DNA of 64,000 nt, taken from the NCBI GenBank assembly GCA_964188305.1, contig OZ076892.1; one strand, given 5' to 3'. Positions 52,338 to 62,556 of this stretch are shown one piece after another. This DNA is from Podarcis bocagei. Taxonomy: Eukaryota. The notes beneath the pieces were generated by a model. The model worked only from the letters and a program-made list of their open reading frames with translations, had not been told where the DNA came from and did no database searches. The translations under genes and the position numbers were made by a program. Position 1 is the stretch's first letter. Every line of letters begins with the position of its first letter.

Positions 52338-52453
52338 CGTGGGTGTAGCCAGAATTGGGGGGGGGGCAGGACTGACATGATTGGTCAGTTAAGTATTTCT
52401 ATTATTTTACTTGATCTAGGGGAGGGCAGCTGCCCCCCCGGGCTACGCCCATG
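52338..52453. mobile_element. 116-bp hAT MITE upstream of NQO1
   Basis: TSD GTTTCCAA (52330-52337, 52454-52461); TIR CGTGGGTGTAGCC / CATGGGCGTAGCC. Confidence 0.85.
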
Positions 52454-52877
52454 GTTTCCAACGTGAAATGTGCCTTTTTCATTGATGCAGTCCCAGCTTG
52501 CGGCTCTATCCAAGGCAAAACCCCAGACAGAATTTATCTCACTGGAAAGCAGATAAAGGGGCACCAGAGTATGCCATGCTGCTTCACCTGCTCATTTGAT
52601 GGCAGAAAGCAGAGAAAATTGACTATAGGAGGCCTTCTGCAAAGTGAACCTGGAACACCTAACATAGTGCAAATGAAATACACGAACCCAGCCTTGTGCT
52701 CTGCCTACACTTAATTCTGCATGACTCCTGACCCCTGCTGCAAATGAAGACACAAGCCCCAGCCCTGCCTCAGCTGCCTTTTCCGGAAAACGTATGTTGA
52801 AAGGGTGGAGAAATTGCCCTTCTAGCACCTCTTAATAAGAGTCATTGGAGTGTTTGCTTGGTCCAGGATGGGGCAAA

Positions 52878-53140
52878 GGGAGAGCCAGTGTGGTGTAGTG
52901 GTTAAGAGCGGTGGACTCGTAATCTGGGGAACCGGGTTCGCGTCTCCGCTCCTCCACATGCAGCTGCTGGGTGACCTTGGGCCAGTCACACTTCCTTGAA
53001 GTCTCTCAGCCCCACTCACCTCACAGAGTGTTTGTTGTGGGGGAGGAAGGGAAAGGAGAATGTTAGCCGCTTTGAGACTCCTTCGGGTAGTGATAAAGCG
53101 GGATATCAAATCCAAACTCTTCTTCTTCTTCTTCTTCTTC
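52878..53140 (+). mobile_element. Full-length tRNA-derived squamate SINE (Squam3-like) with (CTT)n tail
   Basis: GGGAGAGCCAGTGTGGTGTAGTGG head with A box, GGTTCG B box, ~260 bp; CpGs retained. Confidence 0.8.
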
Positions 53141-53904
53141 TACCAGGGTAGATGCTTTAGAAGGCGTGTGCAGATGGCAGCTTTGGGGAAGGATCAGTGC
53201 TTGCCAAGGACTCCTCCCATTCTGGATCTCTTACTGTATTTGCAGATCCGTGCGGCAGGCCTGCACAATTTAACCCCCTCTACAAAAAAAAAAGCACCTT
53301 GCTAGTTGAAGATACCCATGTTGGTTCAGTGCTGAAGTGTTAAGCCACGCTGCTAGAAAGATGCAGTTTGAACTTGTCTTTGGTGATGAAATTACAGAAT
53401 GTGAATTTTGCGAGAATCACCCACAGGCTTCTAGCTAGGCATTCTTGCTGGTGGCTTTTGACATCTCAGCAGCCCTTCCCTTGCACCACAGCATTTTGGG
53501 GAGGGACTTTTAGCTCTTTTTTTGAAATGAGCAGAATCCCTCAATTATGGAATGAAGGCTATCCCTATTAAACAATTCATGCCCTGAGCTAGTGGTACAT
53601 ACAGTACAGGAAAGAATGTAAAAAATCCTACATTAGTGCAAAGACTTAAGTAAGTCTAGAGATAGGCATTCATTCTGGAGGATATGGCATTTTAATTCAA
53701 TGAAAATTGAACTGTAGACAATGCAAAAACCCATTTAAATACTAGTTGTGAAAACAGCTGCTGTTAATTCTCTTCAGAGGCACCAAATAGCCTAGTCAGT
53801 TAGTGTTTGAATTTGTACTGTTTGGGACATCTGATGATGTGCAGCTATTCTTATATACAAAGTCAGACCGTTGGTCCTTCAAGCCTAGCAGTATTTACTC
53901 TGCA

Positions 53905-54235
53905 GGGCAGAAGAACAAAAGATGAGCCTGCTGGATCAGGTCAATGAGCCATTTAGTCCCGCATCCTGTTCTCATAGTGCCCAACCAGATGCCTGCAAGC
54001 TGGACATGAGTGCAACAAGCACTCTCCCCACTTGTGATTCCCAGCAACTGGTTTTCAGAGGCATGATAGTGCAGGTACAACATAGCCATTGAAAGCCTTC
54101 TCCTCCACGAATTTGTCTAATCCTCATTTAATGCCATCCAAGTTGATGGCTATCATTGCCTCTTTTGGAAGCTAATTCCATAGTTTAACTATGTGCTGTG
54201 TGGAGAAGTCTTTTCCTTTGTCTGTCCTAAAATGA
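53905..54235 (-). mobile_element. Decayed CR1-like 3' fragment (relatives at ~33540-33645 and ~44020-44150)
   Basis: Shared motif AGCCTGCTGGATCAG...TAGTCC..CATCCTGTTCTCA.AGTG.CCAACCAGAT. Confidence 0.55.
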
Positions 54236-54288
54236 CAGTCAGGGCATGTATCCACAGCAGTGAGCAGAGGAGAAATGACCGCTGGGAG

Positions 54289-54435
54289 CAGTGGCGTAGC
54301 GTGGGTTGTCAGCACCCGGGGCAAGGCAAGTAATTTGCGCCCCCTAACCCGTGGATTTGCGCCCCCTAACCCTAACCCCCAGATGTTGCGCCCGGTGTGG
54401 CCGGCCCCCCCTGCACCCCCCATGCTACGCCACTG
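54289..54435. mobile_element. 147-bp hAT MITE with CCCTAA hexamers
   Basis: TSD GCTGGGAG (54281-54288, 54436-54443); TIR CAGTGGCGTAGC(G/A)TGGG. Confidence 0.92.
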
Positions 54436-55471
54436 GCTGGGAGGGGCACAGAGAGAAGAAATGCCATGGTGCCTCTGCAGTACCACAACCAGACATCTTC
54501 ATCTGCCCCTGCTGCAACAAAACATGTTTCTTCCGCATTGGTCTCTATACACAAAGTGCTGTAACTCTCCAACAGTTTGATTTTACCCAAAGGTGCCCTT
54601 TCCATTGTCTCCCAAGACAGACGATGCCAACAACTTATTCCCGCCACCCATCCACTGCATCATTCATCAAGCTCTTTGTACAGTTCAGATTACTGCTTGG
54701 ATCTTTGGAGGGGAAAATTACCAAATGAAAAAATGGGAGCATGTGAAATAGTAAGCACACGAAAGAATTAGCTCTTGCTCTTGCTGCCACATTGGGGAGA
54801 AGGCTAGGCAAATACACAAAGCCTTACCAGCTCAGGCTCCTATCAAGGGACTACTGGACTGCTGGCATTGACAACAGGCAAATGGTATCCAAAGCAATCA
54901 GAGAGAACTAGGACTCTTTAAGGGGGTCCCCAGGGCCCTAGATGTTGCTGTAGTCCTTAGTCCAGTCATAAACAAAGGAGAACAAACATGCTAATTAAAC
55001 TCCAAGCAGGCCAAGAGCTTTGCTAAGAGGTATCTCTGTGCTCGGCGTGGCACTTGGGTCCTCACAAACACATTGAATCCGTTTCCTGTGAGGCTATTGG
55101 TGTTCCCCAACAGCCTCTGGGTGCCACTACAAAGAATCCGGTGGACAGTATTTGGAAGTAGTAAAATGATTTCAGGCTGTACCAAACTAGCTTCTGTTGC
55201 TGACCATGGCTATCTTCTATATCAGTACTGTAATGGGATGGATCCAGAGGCAGCAATGTCACATGAATTTTGGGCAATGGTCATTTCTCTGAATGCTCTG
55301 CTCTGTGGCAAGATCACACACTTCCTGGGAGTATTTTCAATACATATGGGAATTCATATTAATTAATTAGTAGAATACAATTCCAATAGGAAGCAGCAGT
55401 GTCTGCTTTTGGCGAAAGGTATATGGGAACAGGTAAAAGAGAAAGGTACAAGTCACCAAACTTTGCTAAAA

Positions 55472-55495
55472 GTGTGTGTGTGTGTGTGTGTGTGT
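55472..55495. repeat. (GT)n microsatellite
   Basis: Read directly. Confidence 0.9.
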
Positions 55496-56796
55496 AAGCC
55501 ACTCCTGTTTATTAAGTCCTAGCCACCAAGGGCAGGTCTTTGGTGTTTGCACGGCAGATTCAGAACAAAGCAAGCAGGCTAGGCGTGCCTATGAAGTTGG
55601 CAACTGCCTCCCTAGAAGATGGCAAAGAATGTTTTTGACAGCCCTTTCATTCGAGTTGCAAATGCCCAGATTAACTTTGTGTGGTGCCAGGGTGGGGCAC
55701 TGTTAGCGACTTAACTAGAGCTATGCAAGGACTGGGCAGGGCCCTTTGTTTGCACTAGAAATCTATCTAATCAAATTTCATTTACTAGTCAGTTTTGCTC
55801 CCAGGTATATAGTGGGCCTTTGTTGCATGCTGGGGCATAGTTAGGAGGAATGGAACAGGGGCCAGTCTGCAGCAAACTGGCCGTTAACCTTTCCTCTACA
55901 AGGAAAAGGCTTGTTAAGTGCAAGGAGGATTTGCTGTAGCCCAAGGCAGGAAACAGTAGAAAATGTGACACAACTTGTCTTGCAAGAGGACCCACTAGAG
56001 GGCTGGGGGAGAACACCTGCGGCTCTCTCTGTGAGTAGGACGTGGCCTTATGGAGTTGCCACCAGCTCATTGCCAGGCATTTTTGCAGTTTTTTGTGACA
56101 TTCCTGCAGTTGTCCTTCTAATGGCTCTTTAACCCCTTTTCACAAAAGAGAAAAGATTTTAGGCAACCTATTGTCATATGTTCTGACAATAGTGGAAGTG
56201 ATCTTTTGAGTTAAACAGAGGCCTATTCCCCAGCATAGGTATTTAGACCAAAAATTAAACAGGCTTTTACAGGTTCCTACTCTTATTAGCCCACATGGAT
56301 CTGTGTTTTGGGGTTAATCAGCTATTGGGCCGTAAACTTTCCTGTTTTTGCTTTGAACAGCCACTTCTGAGGAAGAGCTTTGTGGAACTCAAAAGTTTGC
56401 AGCCAGCAATGTGATAGAAGACAGTCAAAGAGCAGTGCTTCCTCTCTAGCCATCCCAACCAGCTCACTGTATGGATGAAGACCTGGTAGAAAAAGACCAA
56501 GGCTTGTGCTCTTGACTACTACAAGGGAAAGGCCACCTTCCGCTCATGGGAGAAAAGGGGTCTAGTTGTCAGGAAAGGGACAAGCTAAACCACAAGGAGC
56601 TGTGCACAGACACCAAATGTGCAGACACCCTGGTTTATTAAAAAAACAAAACAAAACATGCAGCCACCGCTGCTGAGTCTTTTGCAATAGAATGCACCCA
56701 AGACCTGAGCGCAGCACATGGATTCTGCCACACGAGGGCCACTCTCACTTTCCAGATCACTTGGCAGTCTGCCTCCCACCTTCCTGCTGCTTGCCC

Positions 56797-56802
56797 TTTA
56801 TT
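56797..56802 (-). terminator. NOB1: Candidate NOB1 polyA signal (others at 56634-56639 and 55508-55513)
   Basis: AATAAA on the minus strand ~150 nt after the stop. Confidence 0.55.
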
Positions 56803-56947
56803 CACACTAGTGTCTGTTGCCTTGGAAGCAGTCAGGAAGTAGAGCCAAGGGGCAAAGTCCTGCCTTCACACAAGCTGTAGGAAACAAAAGACTTGTCCTC
56901 CCTTCATTGACAAGTGGGACAGGTGAGTGGTTGCATCTCTCCCCACC

Positions 56948-57217
56948 TCATCTCTTTTTCACAAATTTTTTGGAGGCTGTGTTGGGGTTCAGACGCCTCC
57001 TGCCTGCACCCAGCGCCGTATCCCGGATCTGTAGGTTGGCTGCCCGGCTGTAGATGTCATTTTCCGCAAATGGAGAAACTCCTGCAATATAATCGGGGTC
57101 AAAGACGTTTGTCTTCTGCCTGGCCTTGCGGGAGAGCCGTTGCTGGGGGAAGTGCTGGTCCTCTGTCAGGTGGGGATTGTTTGCGTGCTTCCCACCCTGA
57201 GGAGCTGGAAGAGAGTA
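56948..57217 (-). CDS. NOB1: NOB1 exon 9 coding part (YSLPAPQGGKHANNP...SKKFVKKR*)
   Basis: 270 nt to TGA. Total CDS is 1272 nt = 423 aa. Confidence 0.95.
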   Translation of the reverse strand, partial: YSLPAPQGGKHANNPHLTEDQHFPQQRLSRKARQKTNVFDPDYIAGVSPFAENDIYSRAANLQIRDTALGAGRRRLNPNTASKKFVKKR

Positions 57218-57776
57218 CTGTGGAAAGAAGGAGGCACACAGTGAAGCCCAAAGGCCCAATGCACCCTGCCCCACACCCCTGACAGGGAGAGGCACCTCAC
57301 ACTTGACTTTCATCCTTCTTGTATTTTTTCCAAGTTACGGTTTTACAATTTTACTTACAGTGGTATCCAATCCACTCATGGTTGTAGCATGAGGAGTGAC
57401 AGCTGCACAACAAACACCCCCACATCTTCTTCCCCCATAATCTGTTATGGGGTTCCCCCAACTCTTTGGAGAAAATTTGGGAAGGCGTAGGACACATGCA
57501 GGGGAAATTTTTGCTGCACAATCATAAATCGTTGTACTAGTGGAACAAGTTCCTTAAAGCTACACTGGATAGCACTGGCCACAGAACTTTTGCCATTGGG
57601 AGGAAATAAATAAGCCCAGAGAATATTCTTCTGCTGGCCCCAGAGGCCATCATGGCCTGCTGCACACTCTTACTTCTTGCCTCAGGTGCTCAGCTGGGAG
57701 CACAGGCAGCCAACAGCAACGACAACAAGCGTGGAAAGCCCATAAGAGCACTGGAGCCCAGAGCAGAGCTGCTCAC

Positions 57777-57921
57777 CCGGAGGCCACGGGGGTTCAAGAC
57801 CTTGGGATTCTGGGAAAAATGCATGTGGATGGTGCCATCGTCATCCACGCTCACCGCCACCTTCTTAAGTGTCTTGTTCCCGCAGTGGGGGCAGAAGAGC
57901 CGGGTCATTTCTGATGTGGTT
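57777..57921 (-). CDS. NOB1: NOB1 exon 8 (TTSEMTRLFCPHCGNKTLKKVAVSV...NPRGLR)
   Basis: 145 nt; second CxxC; gtgagc donor. Confidence 0.95.
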
Positions 57922-58077
57922 CTGGAGGAAAGCAGAGAAGCCAGGTCAGCGGGTTGACAACCTTGGCAGCAGCCCATTGACTAAGCCCAAGGGGCACCTC
58001 CTGAATATGGCTGGACACAGCCCCAGCTGTTGCCCATATGCCAGAGATTGCAGCCCAGCCACCAACTCATCACATAC

Positions 58078-58175
58078 TTGAAGCAGCCATGGCAGCGCAG
58101 GACGTAGCTCCGGGTGTGCCGGATCAGCATACCATTGACTGCCAACACATGCAGGCCCATCTGCAGCAGAATGTT
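58078..58175 (-). CDS. NOB1: NOB1 exon 7 (NILLQMGLHVLAVNGMLIRHTRSYVLRCHGCFK)
   Basis: 98 nt; first CxxC of the zinc ribbon. Confidence 0.95.
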
Positions 58176-58855
58176 CTGTGGGAAAGAGACCAGAGAAGGG
58201 GAGGGGAGCCCAATCAGCACCTATGATGCTGGTGCAGGGCAAGTCCCTCTCAACAGACTTTGGATACTCCATAGGCTGGGGTCTTGGAAAGGGCTGGAGC
58301 TAAAATAAGGCAATGCTTGCTCTCCTTTTTAAAAAACATGAAATGCTTGCTCTTCTTTTGCTGCTGGGCTGACCAAGCTTCTCCAGTTGAAAGAGAGTCC
58401 CCAGTTTCCTCTCCTTCAGGTCTGCCAGGTTCCCAACGAGCACAAAGGGCTGCTTCTCTTCTCCTCTCCCCTTCCTGTTTTTGTCCCAATGCCTGTTTGC
58501 CTTCAATCCACCTCCTGGAGCTTCTCCTCTCTCTCTCTCATCCCTCTGCTCTTCACCTGGCCACTTCCATTCCCTCTTCTCAGCTTCCTGCTGCCACCCA
58601 AGTCACCCCTTGCTGCTCATGAGCCACCCTTTCTGTCCCTCCTATTCTCATCATGTTCTTCCAACATAGACCATAAAACCTCTGCTGGGCCTCCAGGAAG
58701 CCTGGACCAGGCAGCTGTAGCAGGCACAAGAATGTAGCAGGAGGCTTACAGGACCTGACTGGGTGCATGGAAGCAAGGGCAAAAGGATAAGCATACATCC
58801 TTCTCCCTCCCCTCAAGCCCTGGGGACCACCTGGTCTCACACAGCCCACACTTGC

Positions 58856-59062
58856 CTGCATGGCAAAGTCGGTGGTGACACAGCCAACCTGCACACCAGC
58901 TGGCTCATCAGCCTGGCCCATGCCCTCTTGGATCTGCTTGATGTTGCTGGGCGTGATCCAGCCTTCTTCATCATCGCTGTCCTCTCCACTCTGCTCCTCC
59001 TCCTCACCACTACTCTTGTTGCCTTTGGGGTCCTCCGGCACAATAACAACAGCATCCGCTTT
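58856..59062 (-). CDS. NOB1: NOB1 exon 6 (KADAVV...DDEEGWITPSNIKQ...VGCVTTDFAMQ), GC donor
   Basis: 207 nt; acidic stretch, WITP and TTDFAMQ motifs; donor CAG|gcaagt. Confidence 0.9.
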
Positions 59063-59187
59063 CTGTGAGAAACAGACCAATTGGGAGAGGATCCACTGAG
59101 CACGGAACCTTCCCAGGCTGCGGAGATGAAGGTGGTGCCCGTGTCCCAGTGAGGCAGGAAGAAAGGAAAGAATGCTAGACTTCTTAC

Positions 59188-59337
59188 CAGCAAGTCCTGT
59201 AGGTCCTCCTCAATGCTGGGCAGAGGGTTCCTCCAGAACAGGAAGGAACCAAACTCAGAGGTTTCAGGGCCTGTGGAGTCTGCAGAGTTTCTGCTTCCCA
59301 CCACGGAAGGACTCTTCTCACCTCCTGGGCACTTTGT
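59188..59337 (-). CDS. NOB1: NOB1 exon 5 (TKCPGGEKSPSVVG...EFGSFLFWRNPLPSIEEDLQDLL)
   Basis: 150 nt, tag acceptor, gtaaga donor; FWRNPLP motif. Confidence 0.9.
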
Positions 59338-59419
59338 CTAGAAGATAAGTTGGGCAGAAGAAAAGCTGACATGTATGAATTGCCAGAAGAAACAGTCATA
59401 TAGAAGCTCCAAATTGCTT

Positions 59420-59535
59420 ACACTGACTGGCAGCAATGACTCTCTGGGGTGTTTACCTGGAGATGCTGAATGGGATTGAACCTGGGACCTTTTGCAGGCA
59501 AAGCAGGTGCTCCACCACTGAGCGATTTGGCCATC
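59420..59535 (-). mobile_element. Old tRNA-derived SINE (relatives at ~35940-36060 and ~36725-36900)
   Basis: Minus strand GCTCAGTGGTGGAGCACCTGCTTTGC...GGTCCCAGGTTCAATCCC carries A and B boxes. Confidence 0.65.
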
Positions 59536-59819
59536 CTCCATGGCCCTCTTAGAAAAGCCGTGTGTGGCTACCTCTTCCTTTAGGCTTCTGATAGATGCCG
59601 AATGATCACTGGATCCTCACACAAGCCAAGGAGGAGATGCTGCCTATCAAGGACTCCCAGCGCAAGGGCTCAACTGGCACACCTGGTCATTCCCAGATTA
59701 CACCCCATGCAACCAGGAGGAGGGGAGGGGCAGTGAGTCACCAAGGTGTACTACCCTCTGCTCATACTCCTTCCATGAATAGTGGGGCAGAGTTTCAGAC
59801 TGCTCACAGAGGCAATTAC

Positions 59820-59891
59820 CTTGGAAGGTAGATGGAAGCCAGCAACATGAACAGGTGTCTCAGGGTGCTGCTTTGTTGAGCTGAGTTTTAC
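59820..59891 (-). CDS. NOB1: NOB1 exon 4 (VKLSSTKQHPETPVHVAGFHLPSK)
   Basis: 72 nt, cag acceptor, gtaatt donor. Confidence 0.92.
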
Positions 59892-60709
59892 CTGCAAGGA
59901 TCCAGGGTGGGGAGAGAAAAGAAAGTGGGATGTGGGTCAGGTAGGGCATATTGTTGATTTTTGCAGCAGCAGCTGCCTCACAAAACCTACCACCCCAGAG
60001 TCTGATCACCTTTTGAGCAGCAATGGCAAGAAGAATGGCATTCAAGACACAGCAGAGCATAGGACAGGATTCAGGCAGTGCATAATCAGCCTGTCTGGCG
60101 TTTGCAGCAGCAGGAAACAGACAAAGACAAAACATAGGTTGCTAACACATGCAGCTGGTGGCAAGAGTGTCTTGCATTCACGTGGAACTGGATTGCCCCC
60201 TCCTACTGGATAGGAAGAATATTGCAACAAGGGGCCTCCTCGATCAGCCACAGAGGGAGCTGACTTCCCTCCTCACTGGCAGAAAGAACCCTTTTCAATT
60301 GCCCTGGGAGTGCACAGCTGAAAGGAAGGAGCAAATGCTGACATCAGCCAGGGGAACAAGGGCTGCAGGGTCATTTACAGCATCTCTATCCAAGCAAGGA
60401 AATATTATCTTGGCCTCAACTAGATAGTAATGCCTGTGCCCACCCCACCACTTGGTTCCTGGCATTAGCCATCTGGTCAACACCTCCCCCCCTCCCCCAC
60501 TTCCCTAATTTCCCCTTCTCTTGTTTGTCTTGTTTTTTAAAGTGTGTAAGCCTAAGGGCAGGACCTCTGTCTGTCTTTTAATTAATGTGAGTTGTTTGGA
60601 AGAAAACATTTGCCTAAAAAGCAGGATACAAAACCAACATCATAGTAAATAAATATTTTGCTGGAAAAGGCCCCTTCAAAAGAGAAATAATAAAAGAAGG
60701 AAGATCCAC

Positions 60710-60843
60710 CTTCTGCTCTGGCTCTTTCTTCAAGTGTGCCACACCAACATTTTCTGCTTCCAGCTGGTAGGTCAAGGCCAGGACTTGGATGTCTGTGGCT
60801 GAAAGACTGGGGTAGTCACCCGTCTTCTTGGAAAACTCTGTCA
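60710..60843 (-). CDS. NOB1: NOB1 exon 3 (VTEFSKKTGDYPSLSATDIQVLALTYQLEAENVGVAHLKKEPEQK)
   Basis: 134 nt, tag acceptor, gtggat donor; TGD..LS.TD PIN motif. Confidence 0.95.
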
Positions 60844-61278
60844 CTAGAAACAAAGGGAGGATTTCAGTGTTCAAGTCCAGAGGCAAAACTAGGAAATCAC
60901 AACTGGTCATGAGAAAAAGTGCTTCTCTAATTCCAGAGGGCACCAGGAAAACACATCTAAGAGCAAGTAACAATGAAGCAATTGTAGGTGATCAACTTGA
61001 TTTCTACTCCTGACCGTGTGTGTGTGCATGTGTGTGTGTATATGTTAGTTGGGGTTATAGTCAACAAAGCCCCACCCAGAGTAGATCAATTGAAATTAAT
61101 GAAAGTAAGTCATTAATCTCGATGGGTCTGCCCTGAGTAGGACTAGAATTGAATACCACCCTTTGCTCTCCAGTCAAGAGCTCAAAGTTACTTACAAAAA
61201 GAAAAAGGCAAGTCACGGAAGAGGGGATGGGGTGGGAGAGGGGCAGGAAGCATAGACCACGAAGCAGAGGCTACTCAC

Positions 61279-61411
61279 CAAGCCTTACATATTCAGGAAA
61301 AGGCTGCTTGAAGTGGAGCTCATAGGGCAGCACTGCCAACCGCCTGCGGGTCTCCTTGTCTCGGATCTCAGTCACCACCTCTCGGATTGTGTAGATGTTC
61401 TTGCCAATGTC
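61279..61411 (-). CDS. NOB1: NOB1 exon 2 (DIGKNIYTIREVVTEIRDKETRRRLAVLPYELHFKQPFPEYVRL)
   Basis: 133 nt, cag acceptor, gtgagt donor. Confidence 0.95.
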
Positions 61412-61989
61412 CTGCCAGCGGGGAAGACACAGCTGAGAGCTGTTGCAAATGGGTCAGGAACCTGAGGGCTGGAAGGGAGCAGGGCTGGAAGGGAGCTGGG
61501 CCGGGGGGGGGGGAGGGAGGGCAACTAGGTTAGGGAAGAGAGATGCAGACCTAGAGCCACACCTCTCCTCACACTCCGTAGGAGCAAATGCTGATCTGGG
61601 GGTTCTGGGATGCCCACATACCGAGAAGCATAACATGGCCACCTGCAACAAGGGAGGGGACTCCAGGAGTCCCATGCAACATTCTGAGGAGCCACCTTGG
61701 CTTGGTAGACGGGTGGGTGGGTGTCCCTTCCCAACCGCCTGAAGCTGTCAAGGAATAGGGAACAACCTCCAGGCCCACAACCCCAACCTGCCATGCGCCC
61801 TAAGGAGAGTCTCTGTCTAGGCAGCTTTCTCTCTCTCTCTACTCGGGATGGCCTAATCAAAGTCTCCAGGTCCAAGAAAAATCTACCGCAAAGTAAAGCA
61901 TACACTTGGCCTGTGGTCCTTTGTCGCGGGGTTCCCCAGTGGGCCACTGGCCAAGCTAGGCAGCCGTTCTCAGCCTTCTCCCACTGTAC

Positions 61990-62052
61990 CTGAAGCGGGG
62001 CTCCACGCAGGAAAGCTCCAGCATCAGCCACGACGTGCTCCACGGGAGCCAT
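61990..62052 (-). CDS. NOB1: NOB1 exon 1 (MAPVEHVVADAGAFLRGAPLQ), start of PIN domain
   Basis: aaaATGG start, CAG|gtacag donor, 63 nt; catalytic Asp in VVADAGAFL. Confidence 0.96.
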
Positions 62053-62059
62053 TTTGCCC

Positions 62060-62520
62060 CACTTTAGACTGTGACTCCCAGGGCACTTTGGGAAGTGTAG
62101 TCTTTCCCCCGCTTTCCCCCTGGAGAGCCATTGTGGAGCATGCTGGGAACTGTGCGGCCCCACACAGGATAGTTCGCGGAAGAAAGGCATGCTGGGAGCT
62201 GTAGTTCCCTCTAAAAATGTCCTTTCTTCCTAGACTTAAAAAAGAATAGAAAGAGCATTGCATTGTTTGAAGGCGGGGCTTTTAATCTAATATTTTTGAT
62301 GCCGCCCATCCGCTTCCAAAAAATCCCGGATAAATAAACTTCCACTTCCAGTCCGACAATTTCCACTCCTGTCTCATCCCGACAACCGGAAGTCGGAGCC
62401 CCTGCAGCCACCGCTTCCTCCGCCATTCCGCTCTAGCCGTCCCGGCTCCGTAGCCTCCCTTTCCACTTCCGAAGTATGTGTCACGTGACGTGTCACTTGT
62501 CACATGACCCATGACTACAG
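62060..62520. promoter_or_regulatory. Divergent CpG-island promoter for NOB1 (-) and WWP2 (+)
   Basis: ZNF143/THAP11 ACTACAnnTCCCA motifs at 62081-62101 and 62186-62205 (minus), variant at 62138-62155; ETS CCGGAAGT 62386-62393; YY1-like CGCCATT 62421-62427; GTCACGTGAC 62480-62489; GTCACATGAC 62499-62508. Confidence 0.8.
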
Positions 62521-62556
62521 GAGGTGGAAGTGGGAAGAAGCTGGGAACCGTCGCCG
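62515..62556 (+). other. WWP2: Probable non-coding first exon of WWP2 (start approximate)
   Basis: GGAAG-rich short exon ending at the strong donor CCG|gtaagt (62557). Identity rests on synteny only; there is no WWP2 coding sequence in the window. Confidence 0.55.
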
